A stretch of DNA of 63,992 bases, counting the filler, from Circinaria calcarea (Eukaryota), in assembly GCA_051942165.1 (NCBI GenBank). It is 3 parts of 3 records of this genome, joined end to end, with 100 filler letters (N's around TTAATTAATTAA, not from the genome) between each part and the next. Parts side by side here need not be neighbours in the genome. Positions count along the whole stretch, not along the records: positions 1 to 23,007 come from JAVECS010000124.1; 2 more parts are not named here. One strand, given 5' to 3'. The notes under the pieces were generated by a model. That model ran no database searches, was not told the origin of the DNA, and was given only the letters and a program-made list of their open reading frames with translations. Below are positions 11,907 through 23,107 of this stretch, piece by piece. The translations under genes were made by a program, and so were the position numbers. Every line of letters starts with the position of its first letter. The first letter of the stretch is position 1.

Positions 11907-12869
11907 ATGGCTTCTCTCCACTATCATGATTACTCTTATTCACCCACAATATTCTTCCCCCCTCCCGAGCCTTCGTTCAACCACATGTCTTGCCATCAAC
12001 CGTTCCACCCTTCTCCAACCACCCAGCCCATTCGCTCCCAGTGGTCCCCACTGACCGGGAACGCGCCTGCCACCACGACCCTGTCAAGGAAGCGTTCGCG
12101 AGTCGATGATGACGAGCTGTCTGTTGCGCCGAATTCAACGTTCATTGGGGGTTTGAACCCTTCGCTGGAATCGAAGCCGGAGCTTGTTTATGGCGAGGGC
12201 ATGACACTAGTTGATTCATCGAATGGCCTTGCAATATCGGCCGAAAGCCAGACAGGAACTTGGTACGAAGAACAGCTTGACGTCGAGCGTCTAGCAGCAT
12301 CGCAAGCCGTTGGCCCAGCTGCTAGGTTCCTAGCCGGCGACCGTAGTCTACCGAGATGTAAACTTCAGCGACGGAGTCCCTCTTCGGACACTGTGGTTCG
12401 CGAGCAGACGATGCCTTTCAATCACGTCAAGGACCCGGAAGATTCCTATGTTGAACCAGCTCTGGACAGTATCAGTCAATCATTCGGAGAATGGGCTTGT
12501 GTCAGCGACGATCATCTGGTGCGCTTGGCTTCTCGTGGATGGGCGAAATTTGTCGAGAGGTATCACCCATCATTGAACAATGTTGAAGTTTTATTGAGAT
12601 TTAAACTGAGGAACCAATGTCTTATTCGGGCCAACGAAGGCTTCTTTCTATTCAAAGAAGATCTGAGGGAGGGACAGTTGGTGGCCCAGACATGGGAAGC
12701 TGCAGTCGCAAATCTGAAAACCGAGCCTCCAGTTTTCGAGGGGACAGAAGTCTTGATGGCCGAAAAGAGTCCAGCTTCCTCGGAAGGAAGCAGTATCGGG
12801 GAACGGAGTTCTGACAGTAGCCTTCCAGATACTAATTCGTATGTGGGGAGCGGAATGGATATTGATTGA
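11907..12869 (+). CDS. Conserved-type fungal hypothetical protein (320 aa, single exon)
   Basis: Long ORF with good ATG context, NLS-like SRKRSR and globular-looking C-terminal motifs (YGEGMTL, SAESQTGTW, GWAKFVE, EGFFLFKEDLREGQLV). Confidence 0.75.
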   Translation: MASLHYHDYSYSPTIFFPPPEPSFNHMSCHQPFHPSPTTQPIRSQWSPLTGNAPATTTLSRKRSRVDDDELSVAPNSTFIGGLNPSLESKPELVYGEGMTLVDSSNGLAISAESQTGTWYEEQLDVERLAASQAVGPAARFLAGDRSLPRCKLQRRSPSSDTVVREQTMPFNHVKDPEDSYVEPALDSISQSFGEWACVSDDHLVRLASRGWAKFVERYHPSLNNVEVLLRFKLRNQCLIRANEGFFLFKEDLREGQLVAQTWEAAVANLKTEPPVFEGTEVLMAEKSPASSEGSSIGERSSDSSLPDTNSYVGSGMDID

Positions 12870-13146
12870 CTCATGGACCAGCAGTAAGGTACCTGTCCTC
12901 TGGAATGCTTTTCCTTTGCAACTGCATGACGGCTTTTCGTCAAGACACGCTGTCTTTTTGTTGGTATAGGTTGCCAGTTTCGTGATTCTAAGTGTTAACG
13001 AATGTACTATGTAATGTTAATGAGCCGTGTCAATGCAAAGGAGGTGGGATTCAGCAGCATATCCTAGCCATCATAGCTACGTTGGCTGAATTTCCAGCTT
13101 CATAGCGTCAAACGTGCATAGTTTTCAGATGTTCTTGCATGGGGAT

Positions 13147-14066
13147 CTATGTATCTTGCTTCGCCATCCATTGCTCCGCTTCCTCCTTCCACTCTTCTCT
13201 CCACCGACTTAACGGAGGTCTCTCGTTGATCACATCCCCCACCGACCAAAGCATCCTCTTCCCATCCTTCTCCACGCTTGTATCATTATCGGGACATAAT
13301 ACATAGAACACACCTTCCCCCATCTTACCTTCCAAATACTCCGCCACCTGCTCCGGCGCCCACGCCCCCGCCGGTTTCTCCTTTGCCTGTCCTCCACCTG
13401 TCATGCCGGTGTGAGTCCATCCTGGGACCAGCAGATGCACGGACGTGTCCGTTGACCGGAGATCGTAGCTGAGGTGCTCGGCGATGGTCTTTAGGGCGGA
13501 TTTCGAAGCATTATAAGCGGGGTTTCCGGGCGGATTCGTAATGCCTTGTTTGGAACCGGTTATGACGATGGAGGTAGGGGAGGGAGAGGAGCGGAGAGTG
13601 GGAAGGAAGGTGGAAATGCCATTGATGACGCCGAAAAGGTTAGTGTCCATGATCTAAAAGGTCGGAAGACTGATTAGCCATCCTCCATGAAAAGGATTAC
13701 GCACATCGAGTGGGAAAACAGGTGCTTGCTGTTTACCGTATGGAAATATTCCACATCCTCCCATCCACTCTTGATCCCAAGTCCGGCGTTCAGCATCAAG
13801 AGATCGACACCCTTGAACCTCTTCTCAACCTTTGCCTTGAGGGCGTTCCATTCGTCCAGCTTGCTAACGTCCATTGGGTAAATCTCTGTTTCACCATCAC
13901 CCTGGAGACACTCTTTGGCCGTGGATAGGTTGGTTATGTTGTTGTCGACCAAGGCGAGGTTCATGCCATGCTTGCGGCAGAGCTTTGCGACAGCAAGGCC
14001 AATGCCCGACGCTGCTCCTGTGATGAGGGCTGTATTGCCACTTTTGAAGACAGGATGAGGAGGCAT
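13147..14066 (-). CDS. Short-chain dehydrogenase/reductase; intron 13736-13654
   Basis: TGAASGIG cofactor motif, NAG, catalytic YNASK. GTAAAC...TAG intron restores the frame. Confidence 0.92.
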
Positions 14067-14379
14067 TGTAAACACGGGCGGAGGGGGAGGCAATTGGGGT
14101 TTTTACTCGGTGGAGACTCGGTCGTCTGAATGGAAGATGCCCGATCCAGATATCGTTACTGTCAACTATTTTCGCTGTTCTGTGACGCACAGGGCGAGCA
14201 AGTGGGCCGATGACGTCGAGTACCTTTGACCGAGGGGTAGCTGGGGTCGGTCTTATAACTCCGCCTACCAGCGTATCTCGCAAGCACTGGCAGATACCCA
14301 AACCACCCAATGGCCCTCGGTCGAGGCTATCGCAAAGAGCAGTGAGTCTGGGCACGGTGGAAGAACTCCGATCCTCAAA

Positions 14380-15881
14380 ATGGCTGCCGCCTTTCTGGCC
14401 AAACACGGCGTCGACCTGCAACATGAAATGTCCAAAGCCCAGTTTCCCGAACTTTACATTTCGACCTCAGATGCACCTCCTCCCCTTCGCCCCATCACTC
14501 TCCTCTCCGGCCTCCGCCTTCCGACCATTCATCCTACCGCTTTACATGATATTCACCTCTCCCCTATCACCCACCGCATAACCCAAATCATCCCCCATGA
14601 CCCCTCTCCTTCCTCTCAACCGCACACTCTTTCCGCCACCGCCAGTCCCGCCCTTCCTTCCCTTTGCCATCCTCACATTCACCTCGATAAATGCCATCTT
14701 CACTCTCACCCTCAGTACGCATCGCTTCGGGCCCAGTCGGGCGCCTTCAGCGAAGCCCTCTCCCTCACCTCCCGCGCCAAATCCCTCTTCACCATCCCCG
14801 ACCTACTTCAGCGCGGAGAATGGCTCATAGCCGAGAGCGTCGCAGCAGGCGTGACTCATATGCGCGCATTCGTAGAAGTCGACTCGGCCGTGAGGTTCAA
14901 GGCGGTGGAGGCGGGTTTGGAACTGAAAAGGAGGTGGCAGGGAAGGTGTGAGGTACAAATTTGTGTGTTTGCGCAGGAGGCTTGCTTTACAAGTTCTGGT
15001 GAAACCGAAGACGAGGGAGAAGAGAATCGACGATTGATACAAGAGGCGGCGGAGATGGAAGGGGTAGACTGCGTTGGGAGTACACCATATGTGGAAGGCG
15101 ACGAGGAGAAGGCGAGAAAGAATGTGGAATGGATTGTGGAGCTGGCGATAAGGAAAAGGAAACATTTAGATCTGCACTTGGATTATCATCTCGACAAGAG
15201 TAAAGAGGCCATGGTATGGTACGTACTGAAGGTGTTAAAGAGAGAGGGTTGGGCGGAAAAAGGCAACGGCAAAACCGTTTGTCTAGGACATTGTACGCGG
15301 ATAACGTTATTTAGCCAAGATGAATGGACGAGGCTGAAAGTAGAGGTACACGGTTTGAGAGTCAGTTTCGTGGGATTGCCGACCAGCGACCTTTTCATGA
15401 TGGGCCGGCCGGATGAGGGAGAGGGCTGGAAAGATCGCGCACGAGGCACGTTGCAGGTGCCTTGGATGATCACAGAACTTGGTATCAATGCGGCGATAGG
15501 GGTCAACAACATCGGCAACGCGTTTACACCGCAGGGGAGTGCAGATCCATTGGGAGTGGCTGGCTTAGGCGTGGGCCTCTACCAGGCAGGGACTGAACGG
15601 GATGCGGCGTTGCTCTATGTGAGTAGAGGATATGAGAAATCAGGACAATGCTCACTGACAAATAGGAGTGCGTCTCGACGCGCGCAAAAGAAGCAATTGG
15701 CTTTGCCAGCTCGCCATTGAAGCTATCAGAAGGTGCCACCGCAGACCTCGTTCTGTACGGCCCACGGCGAGAAAAAGAGCCACGGTACTATAGGAGACGC
15801 AACACCGTCATCGAGATCGTCTGCGATGCCGGCCCTCATCGTACTATCCTGAAGAACGGTCATCTCATATCAATGGAGTAA
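14380..15881 (+). CDS. Cytosine-deaminase-like amidohydrolase-superfamily metalloenzyme; intron 15619-15665
   Basis: LCHPHIHLDK metal motif, GVTHMRAFVEVD, DLHLDY, LGHCT, GVNNIGNAFTPQG. Spliced last exon ECVSTRAKEAIG...ADLVL...KNGHLISME*. Confidence 0.88.
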
Positions 15882-15943
15882 TGTCTCCAACAGCGAGCTC
15901 TCGTACCCATATCTTGCCCCCAGTCGTCATAACCTCCCCGCCC

Positions 15944-16277
15944 TCAAACCTTGTAATTGACCTTCTTCACTTCACTCCTCTTCGCCCTTCCCCCCGCCAC
16001 CGTCTTCTTCAACGCTGCCTTGGTGAGCTGGCAGCGATGTGTCTTCTTGTCTATATTTCCACACCAGATCATCAGTCAACGCTCCCCATGGGCAATGAAA
16101 AGGACCGGAATACTCACGCTCCTTGTGGTCCCGCTTCAACTTCGCCACCTCCTCGGTCAGGCGGACCACTTCCGCCAACGCCTCATCTCTCGCCGCGATG
16201 GCATCCGCGGCTTGCTCTTTATAGTACCGGCCGACCATCGAGGCGGACGCGGGGGGTGCTGCGTGTGCGGCCGACAT
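15944..16277 (-). CDS. Small (88 aa) spliced coiled-coil/basic protein; exons 16277-16118 and 16050-15944
   Basis: ACCATG start context and a GTGAGT...ACTGAT...TAG 67-nt intron. Product MSAAHAAPPASASMVGRYYKEQAADAIAARDEALAEVVRLTEEVAKLKRDHKEHKKTHRCQLTKAALKKTVAGGRAKRSEVKKVNYKV*. Confidence 0.6.
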
Positions 16278-17213
16278 GGTAATGGTAAGAAGAGGAGAGA
16301 GAGAGAGAGAGACCTGGAATTGATGACCTACGGCAACGTACATCAGGATGCTGCAGATTGCAAGGCACATGGACAGATGGACGTTACGTACGTAGGTGCT
16401 CTGAGAAAAGAAAGACTGGTCCCGATACAGAAGAAAATCGAGAAGGTGCTTACTGTTGTTGCTACTATGACAGAGATAACGATGCGCAAATGGTGACCAG
16501 CACCAGTAAGGAAGGAGAGATGGTTTGTGGAAGATGGATATTAGAACGAGACGGTGAAGTAGAAGTTGTAGTGGTGATTGTGGATGAAATGTAAGGGAGG
16601 AAAGAGGGTAGAGGTTGCAAGGTCATTTGGGTATTGGGATAGGAGAAGGGGGGCTGGGGCTGTATGTACAATAGGGATGAACAGCAAAGCCGGAATTGTC
16701 AAGCGAGACGAAGACAAGGCATTGCTAATTCACTTCCTATTGATGAGAATTGTCTATGCGCATATTCACAGGAGACGGGTATCAATGATACAATAGGTTC
16801 AATAGGACTAAAGCCCTATTGTTAAGAGCATAGTTTATTTCAGCCCATATTACACGAATAAGAACATACATTGGTAAACATATCAGGCCCTCTCGTAATA
16901 AGCAGACAAGGACATGAAGAAAACATGAACGTCCGCTTTTATTCCCAAACGTCGAGACCTACTGTTCCGGCTAACCTTGACATGCGTCGGGCTAAGAACC
17001 GACCATAGATCCGAATCATGCAAACACCAAATGCAAAAAGATGTAACGCTTCGTGAAAGTGTCATGAGAGCCGATCCGACTCATTAGAAATTACGAACAT
17101 GAGAAACGCGAGATATCCAGCGAGAGAATGATATGGTGTGACGCGGTGGTAGCGTAAGGATGACTCCGGGGAACGTGCGCAAAAACCGCGAAAGATGACA
17201 GAAGTAGAGCATC

Positions 17214-19955
17214 TTAGAAGACGGCGGCCAGACCGGACTTTGACTGCCTCTTGCTAAACCTCTTGAAGCCCTTGACAGTATCTGCATCGGTGGTTGAATA
17301 ATGCTTTTGAAGAGTGTGACGACCGGCCAGAGCAGCAATACTATCGGTTCGCCGTTGAACGCCCATCTCGAGGGTATCCGCAGGACTGGGGGGACTAGAT
17401 CGAAACTCCCTAAACGCTTCATCACCCGAATAGGAGTTGGTCATGCTTTGAGAAATAGCAATCTCACGAGCACGTTCAATAGCATCAAGCCACTCCTGCG
17501 CTGCGCTCGCTGTAGTCGAGCCATCTGAGGCAGAGGACTTTGGGTCTTCAAAGGTATAGTGTTTGTCTCGCTGGATGTTTGGTCAGATTTTCGTACAGTA
17601 AAGCAGGTAGAAACTACTTACTGTGTCGACACACCAGTATACGAGACCTTTCGAGTCCTGTAGCTTCTTCCAGGTACAACCAGCAGCCAACAGGGAAATC
17701 TCTGTTTTGGTCTTCTTCTCATCGCCTCCAGCTGCTGCCATAATTACGCGAGCACTCGATGTGACCATTACGAGTCGTTGGCGCTTCTTCGAAGCACCTC
17801 CACCAAAGAATCTTGAGAACTTACTAGGCGCATCTACATCGCCATTCGACGAGCCATTCTTGCCTGGAGGACTGTGCGGTGCTGGAGTAGACAAAACCAT
17901 TAGGTTGCCCAGTTTCAGAATGCGCTCGTTAGACCTGGTTAAGACTGGCGACCATTCAATGTCTAACTGACTGGGAGGAGGAAGTTCTGTAATGATACGA
18001 GGGGAGGGTCTCACGAGACATGTACTTGCACTCCCGCCTGGGATATAGGCTGCAGTGGTGCTATGAGAAGGTACGACATCCGTTGGATAGCTGCCACTAT
18101 CGTTAGGACCATTGTCGCTGCCGATACCAATACCCCGACCGTTCGCGGCATTTGCTTCGGAAGATGGCGGTACATAGCTCTTTAGTCTTGGTGCCTTCTG
18201 TTTCCAGAGTCCACGTCCCCATACTATACCATCGAAGAATTGGTGATTTCTGATATGATCAATGGACAAGCGTTGTTTCGGGTCAAGTACCAGTAATCTC
18301 TCCACTAGATCTCTGGCTAACGGCGGAAATCCTGGCGGAAACTGATAATTTAGAGCTACAATCTTCTGGAATGTCAGGTATTCGTTGCGATCTTTGAAAG
18401 GCGGACGGCCGGCGAGTAGCTGATAGATGATACAACCAAAAGCCCATAGATCGCTTGCTTTACATGCGTTCTTCGATGTAAGTAGTTCTGGACTGACGTA
18501 TTCAGCAGTTCCTACAAAGGAATTGGCTCTGTTATCCTCTGAACCGTCTAATTGACCATCCGGAGTAGGAATATCGGTGCCGTTCTCCTGTGGTTTATTT
18601 AGAGTTTTTAGAATTTTAGCAGTTCCAAAGTCGGTTATCTTGACATGCATTTGGTCGTCGAGTAGGACGTTTTCTGGCTTGAGGTCCCTGTGAATCACGC
18701 CTCTGGAGTGCATGTAGTCAATCGTGTCCAGTATCTGAGCTCCATAAAACCTCGTACACTCCTCGTTGAAGGTAGTCATTTTTTTCAGTACACCTAGAAG
18801 CTCTCCTCCACTAGCAACGTCAAGTACAAAATACAATGAATTGGTGTCTTGGAACGTGTAGTACAACCGAACAACCCCGGGGTGATCCGTCAACCTGTTA
18901 AGAGTATCCTTCTCTATGCTCACGTACTTTACCTTCTTTTCTTTAATAATGTGCCTTTTGTCAAGAACCTTGATCGCATACTCTTTAAGTGTCTGTCGAT
19001 CTGTGGCTGCCAAAACCGTGCTGTATGACCCTTCGCCCAAAGTTCGCCCAAAGTGAAAATCTTCAACCCCCTTCTTCACCTGTCTTAAAACAGTCCTGCC
19101 GTTGGCATCTTTCTCCCGTCGTACTCCTACGGCAGCGCCTCTGTCTTGCCAGTCCTCACTACTCGCGACAGGGCCCCCTTCCACATCATAAGCAGATCCC
19201 ATCTGACCAGCTGCTGATGCTCTTGTACCATTACTCATATAACCGTTGCCCATCCCTCGCGAGCTTCTCCGAGGTGGCAGTGGCCCATTTCCAGTATGCA
19301 CATGGTGATTATTACGATACGACCTATCACTGTGACTTCCCTCCCTTGTTGGTACACCAGTTTGCATCGCTACGGACGCTCCCCTCGAGCTGGTGCGGCG
19401 GGGCATCCCAGACATTGATGACCGGGAAGACTCCTTGTGAAGCCGGTAGGATCCATCTCTTGCAGGCAGAGAGCCATTTGAATTTGCTGTTATCTGAGGA
19501 TAAAGGGTGGAGGCTGGACGAGCGCCAACATTTGGATGCCGTTGATGTTGAGGAACCATGGTCGGGTATTGAGGGAATTGAGCTTGCTGTTGGTCTTGGT
19601 ATGTGAGTGGGATCGATTGTCGATTGCTCTGTCGTTGGGAGTATGAAGTCTGTTGCTTCGGCGAGGCAAGGATAGATTTCGCTTCTGAAACGGTTTTCTC
19701 TAATGTTATCGAATCCGTAGAGAAGGAATTTGGGTCAAAGTCTAGTGGAGCCTCTGCTCCGGCAGCGTGCCCTGGACTAATAGGCGGGAGCTGGGTATTT
19801 GGAGGTCGCTCCCCGGCATCGTCTAAGGACTTCAATGCGGAGAGCGGGGACATTGATGGCCCTCGACTGGTACTTAGGGAGCTCGCTGAGCCGTCATCTG
19901 GGTTGGCGATCCGCAGGCCGCCGAGCGACTGCGAAAGGCTAAGATCGCCGTCCAT
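17214..19955 (-). CDS. PKH1: 3-phosphoinositide-dependent kinase PDK1 (Pkh1/2, Ksg1 homologue) with C-terminal PH-like domain
   Basis: LGEGSYSTV, YAIKVLDKRHIIKEKKVKYV, HRDLKPEN, DFGTAK, RANSFVGTAEYVSPELL. One intron near 17620-17572, last exon ends SKRQSKSGLAAVF*. Confidence 0.95.
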
Positions 19956-20818
19956 TGTGTGAAGGGATGCACAATGAAGATAGCCGCGGAGGATATTCCT
20001 ATTGTCGATATCCTTCTAAACTGCCAACTGGCGTGAGTAAAGCTTCCGGTAGCGGGTGGTTAATAGATGTGGTATCCTTGTGGCGCTGCCAAAGTGGCAT
20101 GCGGAAGTTTGGTGACAGGTGAATCTATACTGTACGCGGACTCTTTCTATCTTTAGCTGGAAGACCATGTCCCAGCAAAAATGGGTTGGTTTCGTAGTAA
20201 CGACAGTCATGCAGCTTATATGCAGAGCGAAGGACGTATGCCGTGGACCTGAGCAGCGAAGCGGGTGGGATTCGTGTACTCTCGTACAGGAACAAATGGA
20301 ATTGGTTGGAATAGGACGACATACATCGGCCCTTTCCCTTCCGACATCCGAGGGGTCACAAATCGGTGATGAGCAGATTACTCCAGATTGATATCACAGC
20401 ATATGAGTGCAGAGCGTCAAAAGGAAAAATAAAGTCCACCATGATTGTCCCATCGCTTCCCTTTTCTCCGTATGTTTTCCTACTGGTCCATCATCATGTG
20501 ATTGATAATAACGGGTCTGGGAAACCCGCGTGGAACGAGCATGAAAGGAGTATTGTGCACTGCCGCCCCTTACTCTACAGGGTGGGGAAGAGTATCCTCA
20601 ATCTCCTCTCGTGTAAAGCATAAGGAATTATTGCCTGTCAAAAAGTATTTTTGTGCTTTGCATCTCCTTAGCCGGTCGCCCCTTCCCTCGCTGTAAACGA
20701 CTCCGTCTTGCTTTCTTATTGCGTAAGATTCTGCTTTGTTGGCTCAAAAGCAGACTTACTTTTTCTTGTCAGTCAACTCAGCTGGCTTTCCCGTATTCGT
20801 GTCTCATAAGGGGGCAGG

Positions 20819-23007
20819 ATGCTGCGTCTACCTGCCACCCAGATTAATCTCAGCCAAAGAGACCTGACTTGGCATACTAACCGCCATCAAGCACGGTTGG
20901 CTCAGTATGTCAACGTGCCTCATCCCGGGTCATCGCTAGCAGGGCTCCATGCACATGGCGAGGAGGTTGCGGCTGTTAAGCCCGGGTTCCGTCATGGTTC
21001 ATTAGACATTGACCGCGTAGTAAACGCCCATGGCTCCGTTATCTCAGATGAGCCAATTCTCCGAGATTCGAGAGCTTTCTGGGATGGTCTCCTCGCCGAT
21101 GTGCTGTCTCGATCCGAGGTGCCAATTGATACCAAGCAGCTCGCAGAAGGACGTCAATGCCCTGGCACCGAAACATCCCTCAATGCTGAGACATCCGTCA
21201 GGTCATCAGGAACGTCGTGTGTAAGAAGAGCGTCCACTGGAAGCTTCAACAGTAGCGGCCAAGAAACTCCTGAGTATGAAGCGCAGTTTGACGAGAAAAC
21301 TAATCACCCTGTTTCAAAAGAGCAAAGTGAAGAGGAGGTATATCTACGTTCTCGATTCTCTTCGGATACCTTATCCTCCCCGGAACAAGATCATGGAGAA
21401 GAGCTCTTCGATTTCCAGCTTCCACATGAAGAGAGTACACTAAACGCTACCGCACGGCGTCGACATTCCTTTTTCGCCTTCCATCGTAGGAACAATACTT
21501 GCAATAGCATTGCAGAGGAAGAAGCTTCGGAATTCAAACTACGCTCACCTCAACAAACAGACCTGGACGGATCTTCAGACACGTTTCCTGATCACCACAG
21601 AAATAAGGCCAGATCGGGATATACTGATATAAACACAGATCGAACAATTGACCGCAACCAAACTCGTCACACTCGAAGGTTTGGTATGGCGACTTTAGAA
21701 GCTGATGAGCAAGATCAAGACGAGGCCGTTTACGACCTTTCATCATTGTTTACAGAGCTAGATGATCAATCGGTTTCTCCGCTACCTCCTTATTTGCCTC
21801 GGTCTATAGAATTGTTGAGGAGTCGCTCCGGGGATCTACTTCGCTCGACCTTACCTCGCTCACCTCTCTACATCTCTCAAGTACCGAAATCGAGCTCACC
21901 CGAGAAGCACCCCGCATCAGTCACCGGCCGTTCTACTGCTGATGTAGCGGGCGAGCCTGACCTTCTATCCTGCCCTCCGCGTCGTCGCAAGAGATACATA
22001 CACAGCAGCGAAAATCAGTCGATTGTGGGTTCAGAATCCTCCCAAAGGCTGATCAAAGCTTTAGGAGAGGGAGCAGATCTTACCCAGCTCGACGATCTTT
22101 ACCAGCAGATAAGATCCTCCAGTGCTGTTTCCACGCCGAGTCACGAAGACGACACTTATACTAGCCCTTTCCTCCTTTCTTCCCAGCCACGTCTTACTTC
22201 GGACCACCCTAGAACATTGCGAAAATCGTCTTCCGCCCACGAGCGCCATAGTTCTCTCTCGCACCCTGTACTTCCACGCCTCAGCTCTCCCTCGCTCTCC
22301 AAACCCGCCATTCCCAGTCTCCCCCTTCTCCCACCCCCTTTTTCCAAGACGCCCCGCCGGTTGTCACCCTCACACAACTTCCCCTCATCTCCTCCGATCA
22401 ATCCATTCACTACCACTCCTTACCACCAGGCACCACAAGCATCAAGCGTCTACGTCAGCGTAGGTCCCTCTTCATCTCCAGACCCTCTCAGTTTACCGCC
22501 TTATGCCTCTCTCCCTGCCCTACCGCCAAGAAACCCCTTTAGCCCCACAGTCGACCAACATCGCATCGACATCAATCAACGCCATTCTTCATCTGTCCTC
22601 TCAAACCCATCAACAACAACACCACCGGGCTCTCAAAGGCTACGTCAGCGCTACGTCCCCTCGCCCTCCCCGCCGCCACCAATGACGCCTCACCGAAGCA
22701 TACGCGTTTACAACGACTCCCTCCCCGCCTCCGTCCAACCTCAGACACCTATCGGTCTTTCCCGCAACGGACTCCCGCACATGCTGACCATGACCGCCCC
22801 CGCCGGGCCCCTGGCTCGAGCACCACTCGGCAGCGCTGCGTGGCGTCTGGACGGGGGCGACGATCAGACACCGAGGTTTTTGGGTTCGCCGAGGAGAGCG
22901 GGTAGAGCGACGGTGGATAGTGGCGAACAGGAGAATGTGGGGGTAGAAGGGGAGCGGTGGTGGGTTGAGAGGCAGCGGGAGCAGATGGAAGAGAGGATGA
23001 GGAGGGC
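20819..23007 (+). CDS. Large Ser/Pro-rich disordered protein with Cdc26-like N-terminal motif; 3' end lost in gap
   Basis: Uninterrupted ~730-codon ORF running into the N-gap. Begins MLRLPATQINLSQRDL. Confidence 0.75.
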
Positions 23008-23107
23008 NNNNNNNNNNNNNNNNNNNNNNNNNNNNNNNNNNNNNNNNNNNNTTAATTAATTAANNNNNNNNNNNNNNNNNNNNNNNNNNNNNNNNNNNNN
23101 NNNNNNN
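23008..23107. other. Artificial assembly spacer N44-TTAATTAATTAA-N44
   Basis: Exactly 100 nt with a central 12-mer giving stops in all six frames. Identical to the spacer at 46103-46202. Confidence 0.97.

Noticed and set aside
23052..23063. TTAATTAATTAA palindrome (also 46147-46158) as a biological site or piggyBac TSD
   Set aside because: Centred in identical 100-nt N spacers; an assembly linker with six-frame stops.
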